In this document: positions 1-12,464 of the stretch, one piece after another | How positions within the stretch are numbered: the stretch's first letter is position 1 | Layout of the letters: every line of letters starts with the position of its first letter | Source of the DNA: Eledone cirrhosa | Taxonomy: Eukaryota | Reading direction: 5' to 3' | Assembly (NCBI GenBank): GCA_964016885.1 | Contig: OZ024740.1 | Span: 94,302,001-94,366,000, forward strand | Length of the DNA stretch: 64,000 nucleotides | Made by a program: the position numbers and the translations under genes | The notes under the pieces: model-generated | Databases searched by the model: none | What the model saw: the letters and a program-made list of their open reading frames with translations, nothing else | Told to the model about the DNA's origin: nothing

Positions 1-370
1 GTATTACCCCATAATTTAATATCTACCTTAGCCTTAACTTGGGGGATAATACGATCTAATATGTACTTACTAATTCTACTTATATCGAACTTTGAAGGAC
101 ATATTAATCTAATTTTAGGGTTAGTATCGAAGTCTTCCTAATGGTCCTTCAGATTAAATGTCGGTGTAGCCGTTCTGTCGTCAATTTTTTTAGTTTCTTA
201 ACAATATCACATGCTACGTTATTAATGTTGGTTAGTGTAGTTGCGTTTGTTTTTTTGTACTTCCTATGTAATTCCTTACGTATAAAATTATTATATGTTT
301 CTACATCCAGGGTGTATAGATTCGATGTTTTATATATATATATATCACGTACACAATCATATATCATTTT
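1..370 (-). mobile_element. Penelope-like element (PLE) RT N-terminal fragment, degenerate; runs off the left edge
   Basis: Minus-strand translation gives KTSNLYTLD..YNNFI..YKK..NIN, then LKDH*EDFDTNPKIRLICPSKFDISRISKYILDRIIPQVKAKVDIKLWGN. This matches the PLE RT motif series KDHKxNF..P..RLINPxKSxxGxISKxILD..QWxNT. Confidence 0.75.
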
Positions 371-505
371 AATAGATATTTGTTCTAGGTTTCATATATA
401 TTTGATATATATTTATCCTTATCGAGCCCTCTTGGGATTTTAGTATTCACATTTATTATTATTACTATATACATATAGATATATATATATATACATAGAT
501 ATATT

Positions 506-566
506 ACACGCAATCACACGCACACACGCACACACACATACAAACACACACAAACAAACAAACACA

Positions 567-632
<66 letters not shown>

Positions 633-650
633 CACACACAAACACACACT
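506..650. repeat. (CA)n microsatellite
   Basis: Direct observation; explains the CV-repeat ORFs. Confidence 0.97.
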
Positions 651-669
651 CATGTCTACATGTGAACAC

Positions 670-757
670 ATATCTGAGGAGCTCATGATTCGAGAGACAT
701 GATTGAAAATACATCGATCGTTCCTCGAAATGATCGGCAGTGAAACATATGTAATAT
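670..757 (+). ncRNA. Candidate degenerate type I hammerhead ribozyme
   Basis: atat-CTGAGGA(674-680)-gct...agt-GAAA(742-745)-CATATG-TA-atat. Palindromic stem III; stem I only 4 bp; lies next to a PLE remnant. Confidence 0.35.
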
Positions 758-1487
758 AAAATTAAATATATATAAGATGTAACACAAGAAAGTGAGAAAT
801 CATTAGAAGAGTAGAAAGTGTAGGACAGAAAGGCAAAATTCAATATGTACAGATGAACATTTTGAATTAAAACACTCTTCATTTTCAATGGGTAATGAAT
901 TCAATCGATGACGTAAAGTGCGAATATTTATTAATTTAATTCGATATATATTAGATAGATATCAGGCAATAATTATGTAATTCAAAATAACGAATAAATG
1001 GGTAGTACAAAAACGCCCCAGTCATCAATCGTCGAAAAAGGTATCCAAATGTTCGGCATGGTTCATTGGCACGGCAAACACATTTGGATGTCAAATATAG
1101 CGTTTAAAGACAGTATTTTACAACAGAAAAAAAAATGAAAAATAAAAATAAAGCAAAACAGTTAAAACTAAAATGAACTTGCATCGTTTTATATTTAAAT
1201 GTACGATTTTAATGTTGAAGAATATGTAACGAATATTGTCAGTATCATTCTAGGAAACAAACAAATATATGGAGAGTGATGCGCAAACATAAAATGTAAA
1301 CTTGACTCGATAGGCATAGGTTGATGAGTGAAGCGAAGCAGAAGTGACTGCCTGCGGCTCAAACGATATTGAAATATTTGCAATAGGCCGAACCCGATTT
1401 TATTCATCAGCTATCCGAATAGTCGCAATCAGAAGCAGAGTGACATACACCCACATACACTCTCTCATACACACACACATATACGTA

Positions 1488-1555
1488 TGTGTGTGAGAGA
1501 GTGTGTGTGCGTGTGTGTGTGTGTGTGTGTGTATGTATATGTGTGTGTCTGTGTG
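1488..1555. repeat. (TG)n microsatellite
   Basis: Direct observation. Confidence 0.9.
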
Positions 1556-2234
1556 TAAGTGAGAATGGGTGTGTTATAAACGATTTCAGAATATTGTAAT
1601 TATTTAATATCGATGTATGCTAATCGAAACATTTTAAAACAAATATATATCTAAAAAAATACATCAGTGGAGTAATACAACATTAGATAATTGGACATTA
1701 CGAAGAATAATTGGTAAAATAAACAGATAAAATTACGACAATTGTTTACTTTTCTTAAAATTCGATACGAGATTTTCAGTTAAAGAAGGAGAATATCATT
1801 TATGGTAATGTTTATTTGTAAAATTATATTCTTTCCGGGGATATTTTCAATTTGAAAGGAATGATGATTAAATTATATTCAGTGGAATATTTTATTATTA
1901 TTACATAAAAGCTACGTTTAATTTAATGGAGATTGCCGTTTATAGAATGTGTAAGTCTCTATAAATATGTGGGAGACTGTATGGCTCTTTATTATGCTAT
2001 TTTAGAAAGATATATCGCTATTGTCTATATTCAAATACGTAACATATCATTTGGACAGTCGATATAAATCCCCACAATATAAAGTTGAACAAATTGATGT
2101 ATTTTTAATGGAACGTTTAATTATCAAATGAGCAAATATGTGGAACATACAAAAGGCTATTCCGTTATAAGATTGAATGATCTTCATATAAAATGTATAC
2201 CAAACTATGTACTTAAATTGATGCATACATACAT

Positions 2235-2239
2235 TTCTT

Positions 2240-2329
<90 letters not shown>
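2235..2329. repeat. Compound (TTC)n(TTA)n microsatellite; left border of the retrotransposon array
   Basis: Direct observation; abuts the 3' end of Dong family A copy 1. Confidence 0.97.
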
Positions 2330-2469
2330 TGCGTTTATCTTGCTTTATGTTCATACGAGTTATCACCAAGTCACAACCAGTGACCTCAAGAGACAACAAG
2401 GTCCGCCATGTTCAAGAAAGAACATACATATTCACACATGCATCCTTAGTGTTTAGACTTGTGATGTAC

Positions 2470-5400
2470 TTATATTGACAGGATCTTCCTCAGTATATGG
2501 GCAGTTCCCATTAGTACTATCTTTTGTATTTCTCCTATACGCGGGTTTCCTGGGATTTGCGATAAGTAGTCGTTAGACCCCTTAGGTATCATTCCCAGAG
2601 CGCCTACAACCACTGCTCTTGTTTTAGTTCTCAATTTCCACATTTTTCCAATTTCTATCTCCAGGTCCTTATACTTGCACAATTTTTCAAATGTTTTTAA
2701 AGATACATTCTTGTCTATTGGAACAGACATATCAATTAGCAGGCATACACTCCTTTGAAAGTCCTTCAATATGATATCAGGTCTAGTTGCATCTATTTTT
2801 CGGTCTGTTTGGATGCTAGAGTTCCACAGGATTGAGATGTGATCTTTTTCAAGTATGGGAGGTGGTTGATGCTCCCACCAATTCTTTTGATGGGGCAGGT
2901 CAAAATGTTTAAACATTATCCAATGTATGTATTGTGCAGCTCTGTCATGCCTGTTTAGGTATTCGGTTGGAGCTACAGGACTGCACATTGAAATTATATG
3001 GTCAATGGTCTCTGGTTGTTTTTTGCATACACGGCATAATGGGCTGCACTCATTTGTTATTATGCTGGCTTGGTAATTTTTTGTTGGCAGACACTGATCT
3101 TGTGCCGATATAATCAGTCCTTCAGTCTCCGATTTCAGTCCAGAGGATGCCAACCACTGATGGGTTAAAGTTTTGTCAACATCAGGATTGTTAGCTCGCT
3201 CTGGATATTTTCCATACAGAGTCTTTACTTGCCATTTCTTAGCCAGTTTCTGTAGCAGTTCTTTCTTTGCAGTTACTTTTACCTGCTTTGCCTTTTCTGT
3301 GTTTTCCATTTCAGCAGTAAATGGGACTTCTGAAATTTGTAGTCCATTACTGTATCTTTGTGCATCTTTTGTAAAGGAATATGATCTTTTGGTGCTTTCG
3401 TGTTTCAAAACGAGTTAGATCAACCAATCATGTGATTCCCTTAGATATGTGGATAATCCAATTGTTGCAGTTTTCAACGCAACGTCTAACTGGATTAACC
3501 CACGTCCTCCTTCTTTCCTAGGGAGATATATTCTATCTATGTCTGCCTTAGGGTGATGCATTCTGTGCATGGTTAAGAATTTTCGGATTTTGTATCGAGC
3601 ATACGGATCTCTGTGCTTGACCAGTTGATGACATTGTAACTGTAGGTTACTACTGGTATGGCAAGCGTGTTTATGGCATCGATCCTATTCCTTGCATTCA
3701 ATTCCGTACTTAAGATTGCTCTGACTCTGCGGTAACATTCCTTCCTTATCCTTTCCCGCATTGTCGAGTGCTTGATTCCGTCTCCTTCACAAACACCTAG
3801 ATATTTGTAATTTGTTTCTTGATCAAGCTCTCTTATCACGTTCCCCCCATCAAGATTAATGTCTGAACTCTTCAGCAGCTTTCCTCTGGTGAACGTTGCT
3901 TTGGCGCATTTATCCAGTCCAAACTCCATTTTAATGTCATCACTGAACTGCTTCACAGTGGATAATATCCCTTGCAATTATTCATCATTTGTTGCAAATA
4001 GTTTCAAGTCATCCATGTAGAACAGGTGATTAATGGTTTTGTCATAGACTCTATATCCATGTTTTATTTCATTGAGCATTTTACTTAATGGTATAAGTGC
4101 GATGCAGAATAAAAGCGGCGATAAAGAGTCAACCTGAAAAATTCCACAATTAATATTAACTTCTCCAGCTTCCAGTGATTTTGTTTCACTATTCAAAAGG
4201 AGTGTCGTTCACCATGTCTTCATACTGAATGACAAAAACCTCCTGACAACGGGGTATATTTTGAAAATCTCTAAACATTTTTCAATCCAACTGTGTGGCA
4301 AACTATGGAATGCTTTTTTATAATCTATCCAAGCAATCGATAGATTGTTGTGTCTATTATGACAATCTTTCAGTATCATTTTGTTAACCAGAAGCTGATC
4401 CTTACAGCCATATGAGCCTCGTTTACACCCTTTCTGCTCAATGGGAAATAGGTCATTTATTATCAGGTAGTCATACGTGCATTCAGTTAGGACTGATGTT
4501 AACATTTTATACATTGTGGTCAAGCAGGTTATCGGTCTGTAATTTTTGGGATTGTTTGTCTCATCATTCTTCGGTAGCAGGAATGTAATGCCGTTAACTA
4601 GCCATGATGGTATCTTTTCTGGCTCCTTAACTATTTCATTGTAAAGTTGGGCTAACAGCTCATGAGACTCTGTGAAGGCATTTATCCAAAAGTTTAGTAT
4701 TTTGTCTTTTCCTGGGGATTTCCATTTGCTGGTTTTTCTTAGAGCCAAGCGCAGCTGTTCAACTGTTATATTTTCCCATGCTTGTTCTTCAAGGTGAGCT
4801 GTTTCTTTCATTTGTCTGGCTATCCATGGGGCATGTATGTTATGAACTTTTTCTTCGGCCCAGATCTTTTCCCAGAATTCTTGCACTTCCTCCTTGGGTG
4901 GTATTGATTTAGCAGTTATTGTTGACTTACCAATTTTTCTGTAGAAGTATCTTTGGTTGTTTTTGAACATATTATTGTCCTTATAGAATCTAGATCGTTT
5001 TTCAAAGCGCCTTATACGAGCAGCTTTGGCCGACACTTTTTGCTTGATTGTTTCTATCAGCATGTCTATGTCACATGTTGATCTTATACTGTACATTTTT
5101 TTCAATTTTCTAAGTTTAGTTTGTTTAACATGTTCACCTACTTTATAGTTTGTTAAAATGTCTATGTCAGATCGGAGAAGGTTTATTTGGCGATTGATGT
5201 TATCTTGCCAAGTAGATTTCTTGTGGGAATTCTTTTGTTTTTTCATCTTCACTCCACATAAGTGAGTGGTGACTTTAGCCGATGCATAATAGAGATGATT
5301 TAAGTCAGTAATGTTTAGTTTGTTTGTGATGATAATGTTTTTGAGAATTATGTTAGTCTTGTGTATTATCTTTTGGTTCTGTTTGGAGTTCTGGATCTTA

Positions 5401-6119
5401 GGGAGGGTGTCTCGTTGCCCCATGTCAGATTCTTTCATTTTCATCCATTCGATCATAATTTCATCCTTCAAGTTTGCAAGTTCATTTTCATTCATTTCTT
5501 TATCATTTACGATCTCATTATTTTCATTTGGAGTTTCATCCTGAGCATGCACTCCCTCCACTTTTTCGCTCCTTTCTTTAATTTGTTCTGTTGCCAGTGA
5601 TTCCGCCCCAACCCTGGGATTCGAAGTGTTACAGTTTACCTCGTTTTCACTGACACATGTTTCATTTTCCCTTCGCTGACTTTGTGCTACTAGCTTGATC
5701 TGATCAATTTCTATATCAGTTAGTAACTTTTTTCTTACAATATTTCTTCGTATATTGGCTAGTTTGTTACTGTCAATATAGCCTCTGTTTTCGGGATGTC
5801 TCTTTTTCCAGTTGATATATGTTTGTTCTGTATTCGATGTATTTGATGGGTAGTACATGGCAGTGTAGAAAGCCTCAAGGACTTCTTTATCATCTTCCCT
5901 TGACCATTGTTCTCTCTTTTTCTTTGGATTTCTTGGTGGTGAGCATGGAGGGCCAACAGTAGGAGTATTCCGGTTATGGGAGGTCTCCAGCTCCGAAATG
6001 ATGGGAAGGTTTGAACCATTAGCTGATTTTTCGACCCCAGTGTGGTTCCTCTCTGAGAGACGCGGCCCTTTTTTACCCGGGTGACGGCCGATCCGGTATG
6101 AGATTTTATCATTAGACAT
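2470..6119 (-). pseudogene. Disrupted single ORF (RT-CCHC-RLE) of Dong family A
   Basis: ORF pieces 4209-6119, 3978-4196, 3573-3977 and 2470-3408 are collinear, separated by stops or frameshifts. Confidence 0.92.
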
Positions 6120-6357
6120 TTACTTTATTTTGTCGCGTTTTATCCTTATCCGCCAAGGGGTAATCATTTCGTGTTACCACTTCTAGAACGAGTGTCAACC
6201 AAGACTAGAGGGGTCGTTCTCCCCTAGAGACATGGCTATTCCCTGCCGGCCGCCATCCCGGTATTTCTTGGTCACAGGGTTTTCTTTTTGTTGTTTTTTT
6301 TAAATTGTTATTATCATGAGTGATTCCTTAATGTGAGCATTGCGTGGCTTAAGAATG

Positions 6358-6417
6358 AAATTATTAATAATTGTCTCCACTCCAGGCACAAGGCCAGCAA
6401 TCACCCAGTGCATTACA
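6358..6417 (-). mobile_element. SINE 3' tail fragment inside the Dong A leader
   Basis: Reverse complement gtaatgcactgggtgattgctggccttgtgcctggagtggagacaattatt matches the SINE ends at ~35480-35530 and ~60740-60780. Confidence 0.7.
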
Positions 6418-7172
6418 ATAATATAATATACTTTTTGTTGTAGTTGGCTGTTATTGTTGTTGGCTATGTCGGTGGTGGTGCCGGGACTTTTTATATTGTT
6501 GGTGAGGAAGGGGTGAGCCAGCAGTACCATAATTGTTGATGTAGACGTTTGGCCGGTGGCAAGGTCACCAAGTCAATCTATTTATATCTTTTGCTAGTCT
6601 CTCTCTTGTCTAGTGATACCGCCACCTTCCCTTTTCTCTCTCAAGTTAACAGGGGAATAGTGTCAGTAGCATTGAATGAGTGGTGGCGGCGATGATGGAC
6701 GTGGTGGGGTGGTGGCAGCGGTGGTGTTGTGGTTACTGATATAGTATCTATGAGTTTGTGTTCGTATGTTTAATATATATTTTTATTATATTTTCCCGTA
6801 AAATTTTAATTAAACATTTTTTAAAATTTGAGACAATAATAATAGTAATTATTATTATGATGCTGGTGAAATTGCCGTTATCTGGCTGTTATATTTAGTG
6901 TGTTGGGATAGGTAGTGTATCAAGTTTCTGGTGTTGGTGAAATTGAAATTGCTGCTGTTCTATATAGTGTAGACAGAGGGTGTTTTGCTCCGTTTATAAC
7001 CATTTTCTTTTTTTGAATACAAAATATATAATACAAAATTGAATATTTGAGCGACACAACAATATAATATGGATCCGAAACTATATGGGACCTCATTCGG
7101 TGCCTTTATGCAACATTTGTGCTAAGAATTGTTCTTTCACGATTGATTTAAATATGTTAAAAATCAAAAAAC

Positions 7173-7213
<41 letters not shown>

Positions 7214-7224
7214 ATTATTATTAT

Positions 7225-7547
7225 TGTTGTTATTCCTTGAATCTCAGTCATTGATGTTGGTTAACTGGAAAGTCCGTTGGAATGAATATCAAGCCACTAC
7301 CTGCAGCCTCAGATATTCAGGACGTATCGGAGGGTTCTTGCTGTTCCAAGCAAGCATGCCTTTTGAAGCGTTCCAAAAAGCGTGAAGGGGCCGATTTTCT
7401 TTAACCATCCCTGGAAACTTTTGGAGATAGTCCCCAGTGCGCCTATGACAATCGGGATCACTTTGACTTCATGGCAGTTCCAAATCCTTTTCACCTCCCA
7501 CTTTAGGTCCTGGTATCGGTTAATTTTCTCCCTCTCCTTCTCTTGCA
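7225..7547 (-). mobile_element. 5'-truncated Dong family B copy (RLE end + 3'UTR)
   Basis: Near-identical to ~7640-7960; bounded by (TAA)n. Confidence 0.92.
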
Positions 7548-7551
7548 GATA

Positions 7552-7590
<39 letters not shown>

Positions 7591-7633
7591 ATTTTCTCCC
7601 TCTCCTTCTCTTGCAGATAATTATTATTATTAT

Positions 7634-10600
7634 TGTTATTGTTATTCCTTGAATCTCAGTCATTGATGTTGGTTAACTGGAAAGTCCGTTGGATTGAATA
7701 TCAAGCCACTACCTGCAGCCTCAGATATTCAGGACGTATCGGAGGGTTCTTGCTGTTCCAAGCAAGCATGCCTTTTGAAGCGTTCCAAAAAGCGTGAAGG
7801 GGCCGATTTTCTTTAACCATCCCTGGAAACTTTTGGAGATAGTCCCCAGTGCGCCTATGACAATCGGGATCACTTTGACTTCATGGCAGTTCCAAATCCT
7901 TTTCATCTCCCACTTTAGGTCCTGGTATCGGTTAATTTTCTCCCTCTCCTTCTCTTGCACTCTCGTGTCGAACGGGCAGGCCACATCCACAATCAGGCAC
8001 GATCTTTTTTCTTTGTCCACAACCACCAGGTCAGGTCTATTGTGTTCCAGTTTTTTGTCCGTCTGTATCCTAAAATCCCACAGCACCTTCACCTGATTGT
8101 TCTCCATCACCGCCTCTGGCCTATGCTCATACCATTTCTCAGAATGTGGTAGATTGTTTACTTTGCACAGGTGCCAGTGGATCACCCTGCCCATCACATC
8201 GTGTCTCCAGCCCTTATAGTGGGTCTGGGCTAGGTGTTTACACTCGGACACAATGTGAGCCACAGTCTCCTCTCTCTCTCCACAGATCCTGCACAGTGGG
8301 CTAGCCTCCTCCTTGTAGATATGGTGCTTCAACCACTTCGTTTTGAGGGCCTGCTCCTGCGCAGCCATTAGCATTCCTTCTGTAGCCTTTTTGAGGACTC
8401 CTCTTCTCAACCAGTTCCATGTCTGTGGATCTCTAAATTCAGTTTTCTCAAAGAAGGTACTATGAAGGGATTTTCCCTTAAGGCTGCTCTTCCTCCTTGA
8501 TGTTATTTCCTCCCTGGACATCCCCTGGCCTACTGTCCCCTCCTTCAGTACAGTTCTGAGCATTGGCTCTTTACTATAGGTCACGTATTTGTATAGGTTG
8601 TTTTTCTCAATCTGAACACAGTCCTCTATGCTGATAAGACCTCTTCCACCCTCAGATCTCCTTAGGTAGAGTCTATCGACATCACTCCTCTTGTGGAACA
8701 TGTTGTAGATAGTCAATAGCTTCCTAGTCTTCCTATCCATTTCTTTTTGTTCAGCAACATTCCATCTCAGAATTCCCGCACTGTACCTAATAATAGACAC
8801 AGCTCGGGAATTTACTGCGCTTATGGCATTTCTGCTGTTCAGATGTGACTTCAATACGCTCCTTACTCTCCGAATGTATTCAGTTCTTAACAATTCCTTC
8901 ATTTTTTTGTTCTTTATGCCATCAGCCTCCAGAACGCCCAAATACTGGTATCCTTCCTCAGAGTCAATTTCCTTTATCATCTCACCTGTTGGTATCTGGA
9001 TCCCGTTACTTCTGCTCAAACTACCCCTCTTCATCACAATGACTCCACATTTACCAATACCAAACTGCATACATATATCACTGCTAAAAATACGGACAGT
9101 GTCAACAAGCACATCCAACTCCTTCTCACTTTTCCCGAAGAGCTTAAGATCGTCCATGAAGAGGAGGTGATTGATGGTAAGCTCTCCCCTTCCCAACTTG
9201 TATCCTGCTCTCACTTTTCGCAGCATAATGGTCAAGGGCATCAGGGCAAGGACAAACAACAGAGGGGACAGGCTATCTCCCTGGAAGATACCTCTCTTGA
9301 TCTTCACGCTTCCCAAGGATACTCCAGTTGATGTCAACTCTGTCTCCCAGGACCCCATACTCCTGCCTAGCAACTGTCTGATGTTATCCGCCACCCTGAA
9401 GATCTCCAGGCTTTTGGTGATCCAGGAATGAGGCACCATGTCAACTGCCTTTCTGTAGTCTATCCATCCCATGGCAAGATCAGTGTGTCTCCTCCTGCAA
9501 TTCCCCATTACCATCTTATCAATAAGCAACTGGTCCTTTGTACCACGTGACTTCTTTCGGCATCCTTTCTGTTCGTCCGGTAACAAGTTGTTTGTGTGGA
9601 GGTGATGGTAGATTTCCTCAGACACAATGCACGTCAACAGTTTCCACATTACGGGCAGACATGTGATAGGTCTATAGTTGGTAGCATCATTACCCTTGAT
9701 TCGGTCTTTCATTATCAGAACTGTGGTACCTTTTGTCAACCACTCTGGCACTTCACCCGACACCAAGCAGTCATTGAACATGGCCGTCAGCTTCGGGTGG
9801 AGGGATGTTAGATGTTTAATCCAATACCCCTGCACACCATCTGGGCCTGGTGATTTCCAGTTGGTTAGTTTTTTGGCTTGCCCCTTAAGAGTTTCAACTG
9901 TGATACTCAAATCAGTCTGTTGCTGTGCCTGCTCACCGATCTCCCTCTGTACTGTCTCAATCCACCCTGCCTGGGCATTGTGTCTAACATCCTGCTCCCA
10001 TATTCCTCTCCAGAATGTTTTAGTTTGTTCCGCCCCAGGGATCAAGTCGTTGCCTCTTTCTTTGCCCTCAAGCTGTCCAAACAGCATCTTCTGGTTGTTG
10101 TCGAACATGCGGTTCTGTTTATACTGACTGACTCTGTTCTCGTATCGCCTGATTTTTGCACTCTTTGCTACAATGCGTTGCTTCAATTCCTCTATGATAA
10201 TATTTAGCTTTTTACTCCTAGTTTTGTATTTTATTTCCAGTCTATTTTTAGTGCCTATGTTTTTTAGTGTCCCATTCAGTAGTGACTCAAGCTTTCCTAT
10301 GTCATTTCTCATTTCCCCGATTTGCCCACTCAGTCGCTTCTTCCACCACGGCTCTGCTCTTTCTTGTCTGTTGTTTCCTCTCGCTTTTATACCAAGTAGT
10401 TTCCTCACCGTATTTGCTGTTGCTCTGAGGATATTGTTGCACTGGTGAAGGCTCCTCGCCTCAAGGTATGGGATGACTTTGTTTACCTTAGCTGTTGTTT
10501 CTTTTAACTTTTTCCTGTCTACAAATCTTAGGTTCATAGGTCTCCCACTATCATTGTTCAATTCATCTACTACTAAATTTAGGATGTCAACCGAATCTTG

Positions 10601-12176
10601 TCCTAGCCCGTCAGCATTCATCTCCTCAGTGGCCGTATCTCTGTTCCAGGTATTATTTATCTCAGTACTCAGATCATTGTCTGCTTCGGGTGGTTCCTCC
10701 GTTCTCAGGACCTCCTCACCTTCATTTCCCACCCGCTCGCTTGTCTGGCATACTACACCCGCCATCTCCAAGCCATTCTCTCTGCTCATTTCCTCCAGTT
10801 CCAGCTCGCTTATCCACCCATTAGTTCATATTACCCGAGCCTGCCCGGCCAATTTTTGTTCATCTAATTTAAATAAACCAATCTCGTTCCAGATGTTATG
10901 CATCCGTCTCCTGTAGCCCCTCTCCTTGGGGTTACTTTTCAGGTAGCATTGCATAACAGTTCTATTCAATTCTTTCGTCCAGTTGGTTCTGGCCCCTTTC
11001 CTTCTTCTTCTTCCTCCAACATCAGCAGTATTTGGTTGACAGTCAGGTTCCTGCTGCTGAGCCAGGGGGTACCTGTTGGGTGAGAGTCTGTCACATGACG
11101 TTCTAGTCTCCATTTTACCGTTATTCGAACTGTTTATGTTCGATATTTAAACACTCTTATCGAGGATTGGCGAATGTATGTTTACATAGCCATCTGTGGA
11201 TCCGCCATCCCACTTGGCCCTTGTGTGGCATTATCACCACGCTGTATACGAACACACATAAACAAACAAACACACAGGCAGAAAGGCCCCCAAAAATGAA
11301 TAAGCATAAGTTTCATTGTAATGTAGTGTTCGAATGTCTGACTTAGTTTTAGTTTTTTAAGTTTTACTTTTTCCCCCCTCTTCTCTGTCCGTCCGCCTGC
11401 TTCTCTCTTCATTCTTATTTTCTTTACGTTTTTGGGGTTTCTTTTTTTTTTGTTTTTGTTTTTCTCTGTTTGTTTTTCTCGTTTTTTGCTGTTGTTGATG
11501 TGTTGCTTTGGTTTTGTTGTTTGTTTTTTCTTTTTTCTTTTGAGTCTATCTATATATTTTGATGCCTTTCTCTTTGTTAGTAGTAGGAATTCTATAATGT
11601 GGAAGTAGCAGCCAGCAGGGGGAAGTGGGAGACTGGCGGCGTTAGCGATACTGAGACAGTGGTGGTGGTGATGTCGATACCGAGGCAGTGGTGGCGGTGA
11701 TGTGACCGTATTACTGTAGTGATAGTGCTGTAGCGGAGTCAAGGGGTGGTGGCGGCGGTGATGGGATAGTGGTGGTAATGATGGCCGTAGTGAGCGGTGG
11801 CGGTGAAGGTGAAAATGTGTCGTTATCTGGCTGTTGTGTTTAGTGTACACAGATGATGGGGTGGGTGGTGTATCTAGTTTCTGGTGTTGGTGAGTTTAGC
11901 TGTCCTATATAGTGTAGCCAGAGGAGAGGAGGGGGGGGGTTATTCTTCCATTTATAGCCATTTTTTTTTTTTTTGGATATACAGTGTACAATACAAAGTT
12001 GAATATTTGAATATTTGAGCCTTATAACTATATTTTGGGTCCGAATTTTTTGGGGCTCAAGCCGGGTGCTTTCCGTAGCATTTGTACTAAGAGTTGTTAT
12101 TTCACAAATGGTTTAAATATGTTAAAAATTCAAAACTTACGGGAGCGATTTCATGACCTCCGTCACCTCGTGCGTC
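7634..12176 (-). mobile_element. R4/Dong-clade element, family B, full length and nearly intact
   Basis: (TAA)n on both sides, ~80-nt 3'UTR, long ORF, ~1-kb 5' leader. Confidence 0.95.
7721..11113 (-). CDS. Dong family B ORF: Myb-like N-terminus, RT, CCHC zinc finger, restriction-like endonuclease; one in-frame stop at 10826-10828
   Basis: 1022-aa ORF 7721-10789 plus in-frame 10826-11113 (RTNWTKELN..CY..RGYRRRM..IW). Motifs KSPGPDG, NYRPITCL, QGDSLSPLLF, FMDD, CRIC..H..C, RHD, RPD..IVDVACPFD..EK..RY. Paralogs have AGA where this copy has TGA. Confidence 0.93.

Positions 12177-12255
<79 letters not shown>
12177..12255. repeat. (TTA)n spacer between head-to-head Dong and Tx1 5' ends
   Basis: Direct observation. 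Confidence 0.97.
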
Positions 12256-12464
12256 GGCGACCTACGTAGTAAATCGTATCATCGTGAGCTCCGCAAAGGT
12301 TTGTTATTTCCGTTTGTTAAAAAATTGCCATTTATGGAAAATGTTATTGTTAACTGGTTATAAGCGCACATACATTGTTTTCCGAAAAGGACACCCAAAA
12401 AGATTGGGGCCTTGTGCCCAAAATTTAAACTTTTATAATTATCAAAAAATTTCTTTGAAAAAAA

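Larger units (their letters stand above)
2330..7173 (-). mobile_element. R4/Dong-clade non-LTR retrotransposon, family A, near full length with ~1-kb 5' leader
   Basis: Flanked by (TAA)n on both sides (sense strand). Broken ORF carries an N-terminal Myb-like WSRE..FY motif, RT motifs ([22 protein letters not shown], GIFQxDSLSPLLF, FYMDD), CCHC (CRVC..ETIDHIISMC) and RLE (RHD, RPDII..IDMSVP..K..KY). Confidence 0.92.

Noticed and set aside
440-888. CV-repeat ORFs
   Set aside because: Translations of the (CA)n microsatellite.
7794-10916. Series of plus-strand ORFs opposite Dong B, recurring in paralogs
   Set aside because: Antisense shadows of the coding strand; recurrence reflects copy homology only.
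11182-11850. 222-aa His/Lys-rich ORF in the Dong B leader as a true ORF1
   Set aside because: Non-ATG start, low complexity, and frame not preserved in A or C leaders.
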